DNA of 64,000 nt from Phoronis australis (GCA_002633005.1 NMRA01000466.1:292670-356669); one strand, 5' to 3'. Counted from the first letter of the stretch, positions 39,086 through 52,679 are shown. Numbers and translations: made by a program. The notes: a model not told the origin generated them from the sequence alone.

Positions 39086-40029
39086 GTATGAGCACATTAT
39101 GTCTCGTGTTTGTAATAAGCAACGTGATTTCTAGAAAGTTGTGACGTTAGGTTGCAGCTTCTCAACATTTAAACTGAGACATGTTTCTCACGAGTTGTCT
39201 CATAAACATATTCAACACAAGAGATAATTTTTCATAACTTTAATATTCAAAAATTCTTTAAAGTTGTCATTCATTGTCATTGCTTAACAGCATTTTCTCG
39301 AACATGTTACAATATGAGTGGTTTGGTGTAACTTTCACTGTTTTCATTTACATGTACGTGATATTTATAGTTTAGACACTTTTATCAGTCTCGAACAATA
39401 AAATCGATGTGTGCAAAGGTCGCTTGACATGACTACTTATTTTATGACATGACACACACAAATGTGTCTTAAGTCATCATTTCCAACGACACAAATATCA
39501 GTTGTCAGTCAATATTAAAACTTGGAAAAATAGTGGAATTCGACGACTGATATAAATTGTTCAAGAATGCGATTCAAAAATCTCAAGCGCAGTTTTCTAT
39601 GTAGTGGCAGTAAGTATGTATAGCTCAAACACGAAATTTCCCTTTCGTTAAAACCACGAATGGCAGTTTTATACACACTGAGTGAGGAACAGGCATGATT
39701 ATAAACGATTGTGTGACTGGAAGTCTTTTTAAAGGTATAAATTGAGATTTTTTGTGATTCCGGTTTAAAATATATATACCTTTATATATATCGGAGGTAG
39801 GCGATTAGAAGAAAAGAAACTGATGTTGAACGTCATTGTTGGATCAAATGCGAATGGTTTATCGTAGACACATTTTGAAGTATACAGTTTCCCCCGATGT
39901 AATTAATTGTACATGGCACACTTGAGATGTGAAGTTTGCGGCTCAGACTGATTAGACGATTGCCTTTCTTGGGACTCTACTCAGTACAGTACGCCCAAGG
40001 GGTATACGCACTACGAGCTATTGAAGATA

Positions 40030-40215
40030 AGAACAATTCCGTTTCACCGCTGTGAAGAGGATGACAAGATCCTCTTGAGGTTGTTCATTTCATTCGTGCC
40101 AGTGAACGCTGGCCGTCCAAACCTCGATCAATGTGGTGCAACACTATCTTCTGTGCGTCAAACGAAACGTAATCTGGAGAAGGGTGTAATGCCATCAGTG
40201 TTCACCTCATCTGAT
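40030..40215 (+). mobile_element. Possible THAP-domain remnant of a DNA transposon
   Basis: IPFHRCEEDDKILLRLFISFV..RNLEKGVMPSVF resembles THAP FHRFP..W and L...AVPS motifs; degenerate. Confidence 0.35.
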
Positions 40216-40460
40216 TTTTCCTCACCTGTTCGGGGTACAAGATAACTTGGAGTAGTCTTTAATTACTCAAAAAATCGTTTTGTTGACATCAAATTCTATG
40301 TTGTACCTTAAAGCTCATCGGATTTGATTTTAAAGAAGCACGTATCATTCCACAAAAGCGAAGTCTTGATTTTTGTACCATACTTTGTTATTTTCCCATG
40401 TTACTTTACGGTTATTTTGCCATGTTACTTTACGCTGTTGTTGGCTATTCCCATTTCCAG

Positions 40461-40583
40461 ATATTGACGAGTGCACCGAAGTAACGGCAGGTTGTCATTC
40501 CAAAGCCACCTGTTCTAATGCCATAGGTTCTTTTACGTGTACATGTGACATCGGTTACGAAGGCGATGGATTTATCTGTAGAG
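40461..40583 (+). CDS. cbEGF exon, type E
   Basis: [41 protein letters not shown]. Confidence 0.93.
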
Positions 40584-42981
40584 GTAAGCAGTTTGAACTA
40601 GGTAAGTCCAATTTCATATGCTGCTCTTAAGTTTAATGGCCACGGTGTTATTGTCTAAAAGGATATGTACTGTATGTTAGAGGTAATGATCGACATCCCT
40701 TTGTCCGTTCGCGCGTTGTTCTCTCCGTCTGTTTAGTCCCTGCGCCCTTGTATAGAAAATATTTGTCTCTGTACGTGATACATGTACATAGAAATTTCCA
40801 AACGGGGCTTCGAAACGACCAATCTTTGAAAAAAATATAGTTATAACATAACTTATCGAATATTTTCGGGATTTTGCAATTCGATCATAATTTGTATATG
40901 GCCCTATCGTGATAGGGAAATGCTATTTTGCCCGGAACTCCTTTTACATTTGAAATGGCATTGGACAAACTTTCAAGAGTGTATCGTCTCGAATGCAGTA
41001 GCGTTAGGTATTATCTTCAGGTCGTCCTTTAACCTCACGTGTATTTCCTGAAATGTGACCTGTTCATTACGTTCATGTTTCCGTGAGCAAATTCAGGAAA
41101 TGTCTTCTGTTTACAAGTTCTCCAACATTTCTAAGGGAACTTCAACCAAACTTTCAAAAGTATGCTAACAAAGGATGTGCCACAACTTATAATATTCCCC
41201 TTTTCGAAGTTAACCGAATTTTTCTGAAATTTGGCACATTTTTTATTTTCACTGATCCGATTGGGGAAATGGCCTTCTCTGGGCAAATTCATTCACAGAT
41301 TCAAACGGGATTCCCAAAAAATCTATCAAAAACCCACAGTTGCGAAATACCGTAGCGCATGTTTTCCTTACTTTTCGGTTGGTCAGCTCTTGATTGTAAC
41401 ATACTCCTGCACGGAAATGCAATAAGTACATTGTAGTGCTCGCGGATTCACTATCTTAGAGGAGATCTCAACTACTACCAAAAATGCGTGCGGAGTGCCG
41501 TTGAACATTCGTCAACATTTTCTTAAGTTTTGATCAATAATTGATTTTCATGCACCGATATACATGTACGAATACAAATCTTCACTACGCAAAGCCTTCT
41601 GTCTTTCAGAGGTAAATCAAAACACCATATATTGGCATGTTCGTTCAACAAAAGATTCTTTCGACGTACCGTATACAGTAGTTACAATTTGACTTACATG
41701 TATTGCATATCGTCGGGAGTTTGCAATTCAAGATGTTCTGTATCTTGGTCCGTTCTTGCGCGAAAGTCCTTGATGGCAGCGTTTGCATGAAAACATTGTT
41801 CTCCGTGAGCAAGTCTTTTTAGATTCCAGAGGGAATTTCACTTATTTTTTAAAAAGTTTTCGCGTACAGGATGTGTCGTGGCGCATATTGTTGGCACTTT
41901 CCGATTCCACCGATTTTTTTCTGAAATTGGGCATAATTTTTTATTTGCACTGATTCATGTAGCTCATATTGTCATTCCTTGTCGGGTCGACCGTCAGCTT
42001 TGAATGTTGGTTAAAGTTTTATTTCAACACGTCCGCGTTTGGAAATGCTCAACGCGGTACACGTATCTTTCACAAACCCATGGTTTTAGACGGAATTTCA
42101 ACCACATTGTTAAAAAATGGCTAAGAGCAGCTGTTTAACATTCTTCAGCATTTTCTGGATTTGCTTCTGTTGTTGACTTCCATGAACTCGTATATAAAAA
42201 GGACCTACATCGCCCAGTTCCTTATCCGTTTCAATGGCGCCTAATATATTCACACCATCATTCAACTTCCTGTAGCGCACATCGTGTGCAGCTTACAAGT
42301 TGACACTAATTTTCCGAATTTTTGCAGGCTCTTGATTTTCAAACGCCTTTGCAGAAACAGATGTAAACGCTCGAATATGCAGTTCGCCCAAACCTTCATC
42401 AGGAGACAACACCTTCAGAAAATGTTTTTTTTTGCATATGAACCTGAGTAAATTTCAGATTTAGGGGGATTCAAAGGTTTGAAACGACCCTCAGATGGCA
42501 TTGTCCAAAATGAAAAAAAAAACACTCCAACGCGGTGCTGCTGGTTCAGTAATAACTCCTTCGTGCAGATGTGCCAAAGCAATGTCACTGGTGGTGTTGA
42601 AATTATGTTGTACCTAGAATTGGAGAAAAAATGCCTGTAAATTATACCAGTTTGATTTTGCTTGCAAAGAGAAATGTTGTATTTGCCCAGTAATTTATGT
42701 TAATTTGCATTGAGACTTGAAGGTGCTAATTAACACATACTTTGATATTCATGACTATAAGAACAATCCTTGCATAGCTCTAGACAAACCCTAGTATAAA
42801 TTGGTATGAAATATAATACATGTACCTATGACCTGTGCTCTACAGTGTATATGCGTCTAAATCTCCTGACTCAAAGCTCCGTGAACAACAGATCAAACAC
42901 ATGTGTATTCGGTAATTTTATTTTGTTCAAAATCGTATTGCCACCTCCGAATGTTTCTCTAACACTAAATAATCCTTTCAG

Positions 42982-43104
42982 ATATCGACGAGTGTTCAAC
43001 AGGAACCGATAATTGCCATTCTAACGCCACTTGTACAAATTCCATGGGGAGTTTTACGTGTGCCTGCATTGACGGTTACCAAGGAGATGGGGTCAATTGT
43101 AACG
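42982..43104 (+). CDS. cbEGF exon, type D
   Basis: [41 protein letters not shown]. Confidence 0.93.
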
Positions 43105-43408
43105 GTATGAGCACATTACGCCTCGTTTTTGTAATTAGTATGATTATTTCTGGATAGCTGTGACGTTAGGCTGATTTTAAAGATTGAAACTGAATGTTAA
43201 AATTTCTTACGAGTTGGCTTTAAATAAATATTGAACATTAGGGTATTGTTCACACAATTAATGATCGCATATTGTTAAAGTTTTCTTTCATTGTCATTGC
43301 GTAACCGATAACATTTTACATTTGTGTTGAGAGAGGTTTGATGTAACTTTTTGTTTTTAATGATTTGCCATGTAAATTCACATTATTGTTGGCCATACTT
43401 ATTTCCAG

Positions 43409-43531
43409 ATATCGACGAGTGCATCATAGGAACGACAGGCTGTGATTCCAATGCTACCTGTTCTAATACCATAGGTTCTTTTACGTGTACATGTGACATC
43501 GGTTACGAAGGCGATGGATTTAACTGTACAG
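43409..43531 (+). CDS. cbEGF exon, type E
   Basis: [41 protein letters not shown]. Confidence 0.93.
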
Positions 43532-43821
43532 GTAAGCAGTTTGAACTAGGAAAGCTCAATTTCAAATGCTGTTCTCAAGTTTAACAGTCACGGTATTATT
43601 ATTTTTAGACAATGTACGTTTCTCGGTTCATACTGCTCCCTGGCACAGAAAATATTTGTCTGTGTACCTCATGCATGAAAATTTTGAAACGGGGCTTCCA
43701 CCAATCTTTCAAAATTATTGTTACATCATAACTTATCACATATCTTCGGGGTTTTTTGAGACTCGATCACAATTTTACATTGTCTGACCTTGATAATTAA
43801 ATGCTCTTTTGCGTCGAACTC

Positions 43822-44300
43822 CTTTTTATGCGCCCACATGTTAATACGTAGGTGCATATTGCCGTCATCTGTATCTGCCCCGACGTCCGGGGGTCCATCG
43901 TCTGGAGTCTGCAGCGGTATTTCCTAAACCCCTCACACGATCTTGATGAGATTTGGCAGTTGTGTTTCTATTTAGCTGATGACCTGTGGCGAATTTAGAG
44001 GGGGTTTAAGGGGTGATGGCCCCCTTAAACTCTCCCAGATTCCACTTCAAATTTCGGGGGTGCGAATGTCTTACTTCCAAAATCCTGCCTAATACACTGT
44101 CCTGGCGCTGCCCTATTTAAAAATCCTGGATCCGCCCCTGAAAAAGGATGTCGAGGTATTTCGGACTTCTCCGACTACTGGTGTGCCCCGTAGTGGCAAA
44201 TTTATTTTTTTACCCTTACCTCTGTATCTTCGGAAGTCCTCAACTTATTTTCATGAAACTTGGATATAGGCATCAATTAGTGAGCTGAAACGATCGTCTC
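43822..44300 (+). mobile_element. Truncated Helentron-like copy with nested hAT-like MITE (43984-44140)
   Basis: TTTTTATGCGCCCAC start; MITE ends CTGTGGCGAAT / ATCCGCCCCTG. Confidence 0.6.
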
Positions 44301-44712
44301 GTTTTCGTGCAGATGAGCCAATACAATGCCAATGGTCGTGTTTAAATTTTGTTGTATCTAGAAAAGGAAAAAAGTTTGCCTGAAAAATGTACGGTTTGAT
44401 TTTGTTTGGAAAGAGAAACGTCGTATTTGCCCTATACTCTATGTTAATTTGCATATAGACTTGAAGGTACTAATTAACACATACTTTGGTATTCATGAAT
44501 GTAATTAGAATCCTTGCATGGCTCCAGCCATACCCCGGAATAAATTGATATAAAACAAAATACCTATGACCTGTGCTATGTATGCGTCTAAATCTACTGA
44601 CTTAAAGCTCCGTGAACAACAGATCAAACACATATGTACTCGGTAACTTTATTTTGTACAAAATCATATTGCCACCTCGGAATGTTTCTTTAACACTAAA
44701 TAATCCTTTCAG

Positions 44713-44835
44713 ATGTCGACGAGTGTTCAACAGGAACCGATAATTGCCATTCTAACGCCTCTTGTACAAATTCCATGGGGAGTTTTATGTGTGCCTGCAT
44801 TGTCGGTTACCAAGGAGATGGGGTCACTTGTACCG
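44713..44835 (+). CDS. cbEGF exon, type D
   Basis: [41 protein letters not shown]. Confidence 0.92.
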
Positions 44836-45040
44836 GTATGAGGACATTAAGTCTCGTTTTTGTAATTATTAAAATTATTTCTGGATCGCTGTGACGTTAG
44901 GCTGATTTTAAGTTTTCTTTCATTGTCATTGCGTAACTGATAACACTTTACATTTGTGTTAAGAGTGGTTTGATGTAACTTTTTGTTTTTGATGATTTGT
45001 CATGCAAATTCACATTGTTGTTGGCCATACTTATTTCCAG

Positions 45041-45163
45041 ATATCGACGAGTGCATCAAAGGAACGGCAGGCTGTGATTCCAATGCTACTTGTTCTAATA
45101 CCATAGGTTCTTTCACGTGTACATGTGACATCGGTTACGAAGGCGATGGATTTAACTGTACTG
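45041..45163 (+). CDS. cbEGF exon, type E
   Basis: [41 protein letters not shown]. Confidence 0.93.
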
Positions 45164-45427
45164 GTAAGCAGTTTGAACTAGGAAAGCTCAATTTCAAATG
45201 CTGCTCTCAAGTTTAATGGTCACGGTGTTATTATCTTTCGACAATGTACGTTTCTCGGTTAATACTGTGTACCTCATGCACGAAAATTTTGAAACGGGGT
45301 TTCCACCAATCTTTCAAAAATATATTCACTAGATAACTTACCACATATCTTCGGGGTTTTTTTGAGACTCTATCACAATTTTACATTGTCTGACCTTGAT
45401 AAGGAAACGCTCTTTTGCGCGGAACTC

Positions 45428-45980
45428 CTTTTTATGCGCCCACATGTTAATATGTAGGTGCATAGTGCCGTCATCTCTATCTGCCCCGACGTCGGGGGGT
45501 CTATCGTCCGGCGTCTGCAGCGGTATCTCCTAAACCCCTCACACGATCTTGATGAGATTTGGCAGTTGTGTTTCTATTTAGCTGATGACCAGTGGCGAAC
45601 TTAAAGTGGGTTGAAGGGGGTTATGACCCCCTTAAACTCTACCAGATTCCATTTAGAAGTTCGGGGGTGCGAATATCTGACTTGCAAAATCTTGCCTAAT
45701 ACACTGTCCTGGCGCCGCCTTAACTAACAATCCTGGAACCGCCTCTGATAACGGATGACGAGGAGTTTCGGACTTATCCGACTACCGGTGTGCCCCNTCC
45801 TGGAACCGCCTCTGATAACGGATGACGAGGAATTTCGGACTTCTCCGACTACCGGTGTGCCCCGTAGTGGCAAATTTAGTTTTTTACCCTTACCTCTGTA
45901 TCTTTGGATGTCCTCAACGTATTTTCACGAAACTTGGATATAGGCATCTATTAGTGAGCTGACACGATCTTCTCGTTTTT
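45428..45980 (+). mobile_element. Truncated Helentron-like copy with nested hAT-like MITE (45590-45747)
   Basis: Paralogue of 43822-44300, duplicated together with the D-E unit. Confidence 0.6.
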
Positions 45981-46386
45981 GTGCTGATGTGGCAATGCAA
46001 TGCCAATGGCCGTGTTTAAATTTTGTTTGTATCTAGAAATGGAACAAAATTTTGCCTGTAAAATGTACGGTATGATTTTAGTTGGAAAGAGAAACGTTGT
46101 ATTTGCTCAATAATTTATGTTAATTTGCATAGACTTGAAGGTACTAATTAACCTATACTTTGGTATTCATGAATATAATAACAATCCTTGCATGGCTCTA
46201 GCCATACCCCGGAATAAATTGATATAAGATAAAATACCTATGACCTGTGCTCTATATGCGTCAAAATCTCCTGACTTAAAGCTCCGTGAACAACAGATCA
46301 AACACATGTGTATTCGGTAACTTTATTTTGTTCAAAATCGTATTGCCACCTCCGAATGTTTCTCTAACACTAAATAATCCTTTTAG

Positions 46387-46509
46387 ATGTCGACGAGTGT
46401 TCAACAGGAACCGATAATTGTCATTCTAACGCCACTTGTACAAATTCCGTCGGCAGTTTTACGTGTGCTTGCATTGACGGCTACGAAGGAGATGGGGTGA
46501 ATTGTACCG
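46387..46509 (+). CDS. cbEGF exon, type D
   Basis: [41 protein letters not shown]. Confidence 0.93.
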
Positions 46510-46728
46510 GTATGAACGCATTACGTCTTGTTTTTTTATTTAGCTACGTTATTTCTACATAACTGTCACGTTAGGCTGCTTTTCAAGATGTAAACTTAAT
46601 GATAGACTTTCTTACGACTTGCTTTTAAAAAGTATTGAACATTAGAGTATTGTTCACAACTTAAATGACCATGTATTGTTTAAAGTTGTCTTTCATGGTC
46701 ATTGCTTAACCGATATTATTGTACATGT

Positions 46729-47098
46729 ATGAAATAAGCAAAGAAAATTCAGGAACCCCAGTTGGGGTTCCTGATTTTTCTGTATTTATTTGATATATTT
46801 CTCTACTGGCCAACCTAAGCGTCTCTATATTCACTATATCTAATTAACACATTACTGGTAAATTGCTGATTGTACATATAATTGTCTAAATCCCGTGTGA
46901 AAAAGGCGAAACACCGCTCATGGGACGTATGACTTAACAGTTGGCTGTAAACAGTATTTGCACAGATATCGGATCCTCAGTAACTCAGTGGTTAGAGCAC
47001 TAGACCGGCAATCTGGTTCGTTTCCAATTTGGGGTTCCTGATTTTTCTATCTTTATTTGATATAGTTCACTACTGGCCAACCTCAGTGTCTATATATT
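46729..47098 (+). mobile_element. tRNA-containing retro-insert with terminal direct repeat and inverted 5' tail
   Basis: TSD-like TATTG(T/C)ACATGT; tRNA-like 46971-47038 with A and B boxes; second copy at about 48467-48792. Confidence 0.7.
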
Positions 47099-47361
47099 TA
47101 TTGCACATGTGTGTTGAGAGTGGTTTGATGTAACAATTAGCAACAATATTTCTAGGTAGCTGTTACGTTAGGCTGCTTTTCAAGTTTGAAAGTGAATGAT
47201 AGAATTTTATAACGAGTTTGTTTTATTTATATTGTTTAAAATGTCTTTCACTGTAATTGCTGTACATTTTACATGGTTGTTGAGATTAGTACGATGTGAC
47301 TTCTTGTTTTTGATGATTTGCCATGTAAATTCACATTGTTGTTGGCCATCCTTATTTCCAG

Positions 47362-47484
47362 ATATCGATGAGTGCATCGAAGGAACAGCAGGCTGTCATC
47401 CCAATGCTACCTGTTCTAATACCATAGGTTCTTTTACGTGTACATGTGACATCGGTTACGAAGGCGATGGATTTAACTGTACAG
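47362..47484 (+). CDS. cbEGF exon, type E
   Basis: [41 protein letters not shown]. Confidence 0.92.
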
Positions 47485-48179
47485 GTAAGCAGTTTGAACT
47501 AGGCGGGTTAACTTCATAAGCTGCTCTCAGGTTAAATGGTCACGGTGTTATTATCCCCAGATAATGTATGTTTCTCGGTTTATAGCTGCACAGAAAATTA
47601 TATTTGCACAGAAAATATTTTTCTGTTTACCTGATACATAAAAAATTCAAAACGGGACTTCGACCAAATTTTCAAAAAATGTACATATACAGTAGTTACA
47701 ACTTAGCTTATCACATATCTTCGCGGGTTTGTGTTATTCGGTCATAATTTTTCACAGTCTGACCTTGATGGGGAGTCGCTCTTCTGCGCAAAACTCTTTT
47801 TCATGCGCCCACATAATTGTATTTGTGGGGGGAACATTGCCGTCATCGCTGTCTGTCCAGTCGTGCGGGCATCCGGCGTCCGACGTCCACAGCTGCATCT
47901 CCAAAACCCATCACAGTATCTTAATGAGATTTCGCACCTGTGTTTTTATGAAGCTGTTGACGGATGGCGACGAATTTTGGCCCTCTCCCATTACCGGTGT
48001 GCCCCCTAGTGGCAGTTTAATTTTTAATGCTTACTCCCGTACCTTCGGAAGTCCTCAACGCATTTTCATATAATTTGAAATATAGGCCACTAATAGTGAG
48101 ATGACACGATCTTCACGTTTTCGGATGGATTCCACCTAATTTGCGCCAAGTGGTGGACATTTTTACTGTGTTTGGGTCN

Positions 48180-48247
48180 AAATTCCGTCGGCAGTTTTAC
48201 GTGTGCTTGCATTGACGGCTACGAAGGAGATGGGGTGAATTGTACCG
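48180..48247 (+). CDS. 3' part of a type D EGF exon, cut by the N join at 48179
   Basis: [22 protein letters not shown]|gtatga, matches the 46387 exon. Confidence 0.6.
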
Positions 48248-49076
48248 GTATGAACACATTACTTCTTGTTTTTGTATTTAGCTTCGTTATTTCTACATAA
48301 CTGTCACATTAGACTGCTTTTCAAGATATAAACTGAATGATAGACTTTCTTACGACTTGCTTTTAAAAAGTATTGAACATTAGAATATTGTTCACAACTT
48401 AAATGACCATGTATTGTTTAAAGTTGTCTTTCATGGTCATTGCTTAACCGATATTTTTGTACATGTATCAAATAAACAAAGAAAATTCAGGAACCCAAGT
48501 TGGGTTTCTCGATTTTTCTACTGGCCAACCTAAACGTCTCTATATTCACTATATCTAATTAACACATTACTGGTAAATTGCTGATTGTACATATAATTGT
48601 CTAAATCCCGTGTGAAAAAGGCGAAACGCCGCTCATGGGACGTATGACTTAACAGTTGGCTGTAAACAGTATTTGCACAGATATCGGATCCTCAGTAACT
48701 CAGTGGTGAGAGCACTAGACCGGCGATCTGGTTCGTTTCCAATTTGGGGTTCCTGATTTTTCTATCTTTATTTGATATATTTCACTACTGGCCAACCTCA
48801 GCGTCTATATATTTATTGCAAATGTGTGTTGAGAGTGGTTTGATGTAACAATTAGCAACAATATTTCTAGGTAGCTGTTACGTTAGGCTGCTTTTCAAGT
48901 TTGAAAGTGAATGATAGAATTTCATAACGAGTTTCTTTTATTTATATTGTTTAAAATGTCTTTCACTGTAATTGCTGTACATTTTACATGGTTGTTGAGA
49001 TTAGTACGATGTGACTTCTTGTTTTTGATGATTTGCCATGTAAATTCACGCTGTTGTTGGCCATACTTATTTCCAG

Positions 49077-49199
49077 ATATCGATGAGTGCATCGAAGGAA
49101 CAGCAGGCTGTCATCCCAATGCTACCTGTTCTAATACCATAGGTTCTTTTACGTGTACATGTGACATCGGTTACGAAGGCGACGGATTTAACTGTACAG
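49077..49199 (+). CDS. cbEGF exon, type E (possibly an allelic duplicate of 47362)
   Basis: Same peptide as 47362-47484. Confidence 0.8.
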
Positions 49200-49514
49200 G
49201 TAAGCAGTTTGAACTAGGCGGGTTAACTTCATAAGCTGCTCTCAGGTTAAATGGTCACGGTGTTGTTATCCCCAGATAATGATTGTATGTTTCTCGGTTT
49301 ATAGCTGCACAGAAAATTATATTTGCACAGAAAATATTTTTCTGTTTACCTGATACATCAAAATTCAAAACGGGACTTCGACCAAATTTTCAAAAAATGT
49401 AAATATACAGTAGTTATAACTTAGCTTATCACATATCTTCGTGGGTTTGTGTTATTCGGTCATAATTTTTCACGGTCTGATCTTGATGGGGAGTCGCTCT
49501 TCTGCGCAAAACTC

Positions 49515-50801
49515 TTTTTCATGCGCCCACATATTTGTATTTGTGGGGGGAGCATTGCCGTCATCGCTGTCTGTCCAGTCGTGCGGGCATCCGTCGTCCG
49601 GCGTCCGACGTCCGCAGCTGCATCTCCAAAACCCATCACAGTATCTTAATGAGATTTCGCACCTGTGTTTTTATGAAGCTGTTGACGGATGGCGACGAAT
49701 TTTGGACCTCTCCCATTACCGGTGTGCCCCCTAGTCGCAGTTTAATTTTTAACGCTTACTACCGTACCTTCGGAAGTCCTCAACGCATTTTCATATAATT
49801 TGAAATATAGGCCACTAATAGTGAGATGACACGATCTTCACGTTTTCGGATGGATTCCACCTAATTTGCGCCAACTGGTGGACATTTTTACTGTGTTTGG
49901 GTCTGCTTTTTGGTGTCCATTCCTCTATCAGCCAAACCGCTGTAGAAATTGGCATGTATATTCTTATTATAGAGCGGCTGGCTGACAATAAGTTTCTGAC
50001 AACGTTGACTACTGAGGCGCCTCCTAGTGGCAGTTTTGTATTTTTACGTCCATGGTTGCATCTCCGAAATCGTTTGTAGGATCTTTACTAAATTTTGCAA
50101 GTGTATTTATATGATGTTGGCAACGGACAATGATGACTTTCGCACGGATCGAAGTACGGTGCGCCTCCTAGAGGCAATTTTAGTTTTTTTACATTCGCCT
50201 TTGTATTTTCAAAGGTCCTCAACTTGTTTTCATAGAGTTTGGAAGAATGTAGGCATTTATTGGTGAGGTGACGTTATCTTCCCGTTTTCAGATGGATTCG
50301 AGGTATTTTGAGCCACCTAGTAGCCATTTTTTTGTTTTCTAGTGTGTTTTTTGGCGTCCACCCCTCTATCAACCAAACCATTCTAAGGATGATTTTGAAA
50401 ATAGGCGTGTATGTTCTTAGTGTGAGGAGGACAGTTACGCTGACAACTTCGATTACTGCGGCACCTCCTAGTGGTGGTTTCGTTTTCTTTGTGGCCATAG
50501 CTGTATTTTCTAAAACCACACCAGGATCTTTATTAAATTTAGTAAGTATATGAAGCTCACAATAGACGAATCTGAGGCAGATGCTGTGCCCCCTGGTGGC
50601 AGTTTTTTCCGTTTTCAATTTTTTCTCTGAAATTTGGTAAATAACTATCTGTTAAAGAAGGGATGGTATGTTCCGTTTTCAGATGCATGGGAAGGTTTGT
50701 GCCATCTAATGGCCATTTTTATGATACAAATGAACAACTCTAGAAGCACACCGTTTGCTGTGCACTCGTGGGCTCATTTCAACGTTCCACATGGCTCTTG
50801 T
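49515..50801 (+). mobile_element. Complete Helentron/DINE-1-like element
   Basis: Both ends present; inserted in a T-run with no TSD; empty paralogous site at 40942-40945. Confidence 0.75.
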
Positions 50802-52276
50802 ACTTTTGAAATGACATTTAACAAACTTTCAACCGTCTATCCTCTCCAATGCAGTATCGTTAGGTATTATCTTCAGGGTGTTATTCAACCTCACTTGTAT
50901 TTCCTGAAATGTTACCTGTTCACTATGTTTACGTTTCCATGAAAGATTCAGGAAAATCCTTCCGTTTACAAGTACCGCCACCTTACGATGTTGGCCTTGT
51001 ACAAGTTATTTGAAGTTTACTGAAATTCTACGTATTCTTATTTGTACTGATCAGTGTGTTTAATTGACTTGCTCTGGGCAAAGCCCCTTTTAATATTTTT
51101 ATAATGAAATATCCCGCACAATTGATATACATACCCAGAAAGCGCCAATAGGCATTGTATCTGGGTTAAAAACATACATGTACACAGAAATATGTACACT
51201 TAAACACAATTACATGAATTAAAAACTGATGCTAAGATTACAATGACATGTGATTAAGAATGTAAATAAATTATTTTCATACAAAATAATTTATTCTACA
51301 TGTACAATTCATCGGCTCACACGTAGAGACTTAACATTAAAAAGAAATGTTGATACTAATTCGAATGAAACTTTATTTTCTCTTGGGCAAACCCCTTAAC
51401 AGATTCAAATGTAATTTCCACAATGCTTTCAAAAATCCACAGTAACGAAATGCCAAAGCGGATATTATTATCATTACTTTTCGGTTGGACTGTCACTTCA
51501 AATAGTGTTTGCGAACCCACCGTTTTAGACGAGATATCAACTTAACTATTGAAAAATGCGTGCATGGTGTCGTTGCAACTTCGTCGAAATTGACATTTTC
51601 CGAAATTTTGATCTGCAATTGATTTTCATGCTCCAATATACGAAAATAATGTTCTCTACGCAAATCCATCTGCCTTTCAGAGGTACATGTAACTTAAACA
51701 CAATAAATTCGAATTTTCGTTCAACAAAGGATGTTTACCGTACCAAACATAGTCAGCATCTTACATTGTAATTCTAGCAAGTTCAACTGACTCTTTTCCT
51801 GACTATAGATTTACAGGGTTTCAGAGGACTTAAAGCTCCTTCAGGTGGCACCACCAAAAATGTAGAAATAACGAGCATTTCTAACAATACAAAACAGCGC
51901 TGATGTGGATACTTCATTTGTGGTTTAAAGTCGAAGTGCCATGAATTGGTACCGGAAATCAATATTACTGATAACTTTGTTCGTGTGATTTTGTTTGGTG
52001 AAAGGAAAGATGCATTTGCCCACTAATTAATTTTGATTTGAACTGACCAATGAAGTTGATAATCAAACCCTGTTTCATAATTACGAAAATGCAGTGACAA
52101 GTCTGCGTGAATTAGTGTAAATTAGTATAAATCAGTATAAATGAAAATCCCAATGATTTATGGGTCATCCCCTCATCAAGTCCTGCAGCGAAGGTCAGCA
52201 TTCAGTAACCTCATTTGTAAAAAAAAAAAAAATTGTCTTCTCCATATGTGTCGCTGACAATATTTGATACTTTCAG

Positions 52277-52399
52277 ATATCGACGAGTGTTCAACAGAAA
52301 CTGACAATTGCCATTCTAACGCCACTTGTACAAATTCCATCGGCAGTTTTATTTGTGAGTGCATTGATGGATACGAAGGAGATGGAGTCAACTGCACCG
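52277..52399 (+). CDS. cbEGF exon, type D
   Basis: [41 protein letters not shown]. Confidence 0.93.
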
Positions 52400-52679
52400 G
52401 TATGAACATATTGAGTCTCGTTTTCGTAATAACGCCTTTAGTTCTCGATGACTGACGTAATGTTGCCTCTCAACATGTAAACTAGTTCATACAAACCTCT
52501 CACTTGCGTGTTTTAAGGGAATAATCAACATTTCTGCATATTTTTTCACAGATTCTATATTCACATATTTGCTCAAAATTATCTTTCACTTTCTTTGGTA
52601 CTGAAAACATTCCCTGGGTGTTGCGAGTTGTTTGATGTGACATTTACTGTTCTTCAATTACGTGGCCTTTATTTTTCTT

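Noticed and set aside
46860-46930. Hammerhead ribozyme near GGCGAAAC
   Set aside because: No properly placed CTGANGA core found by eye on either strand
46971-47038. Functional tRNA-Ala gene (also about 48686-48753 and 20978-21050)
   Set aside because: Acceptor-stem mismatch, truncated variable and T arms, embedded in repeat inserts
46440-49903. Very recent 1.7-kb tandem duplication
   Set aside because: Breakpoint is N48179 and cuts an exon; more likely two haplotypes assembled in tandem, though not excluded without reads
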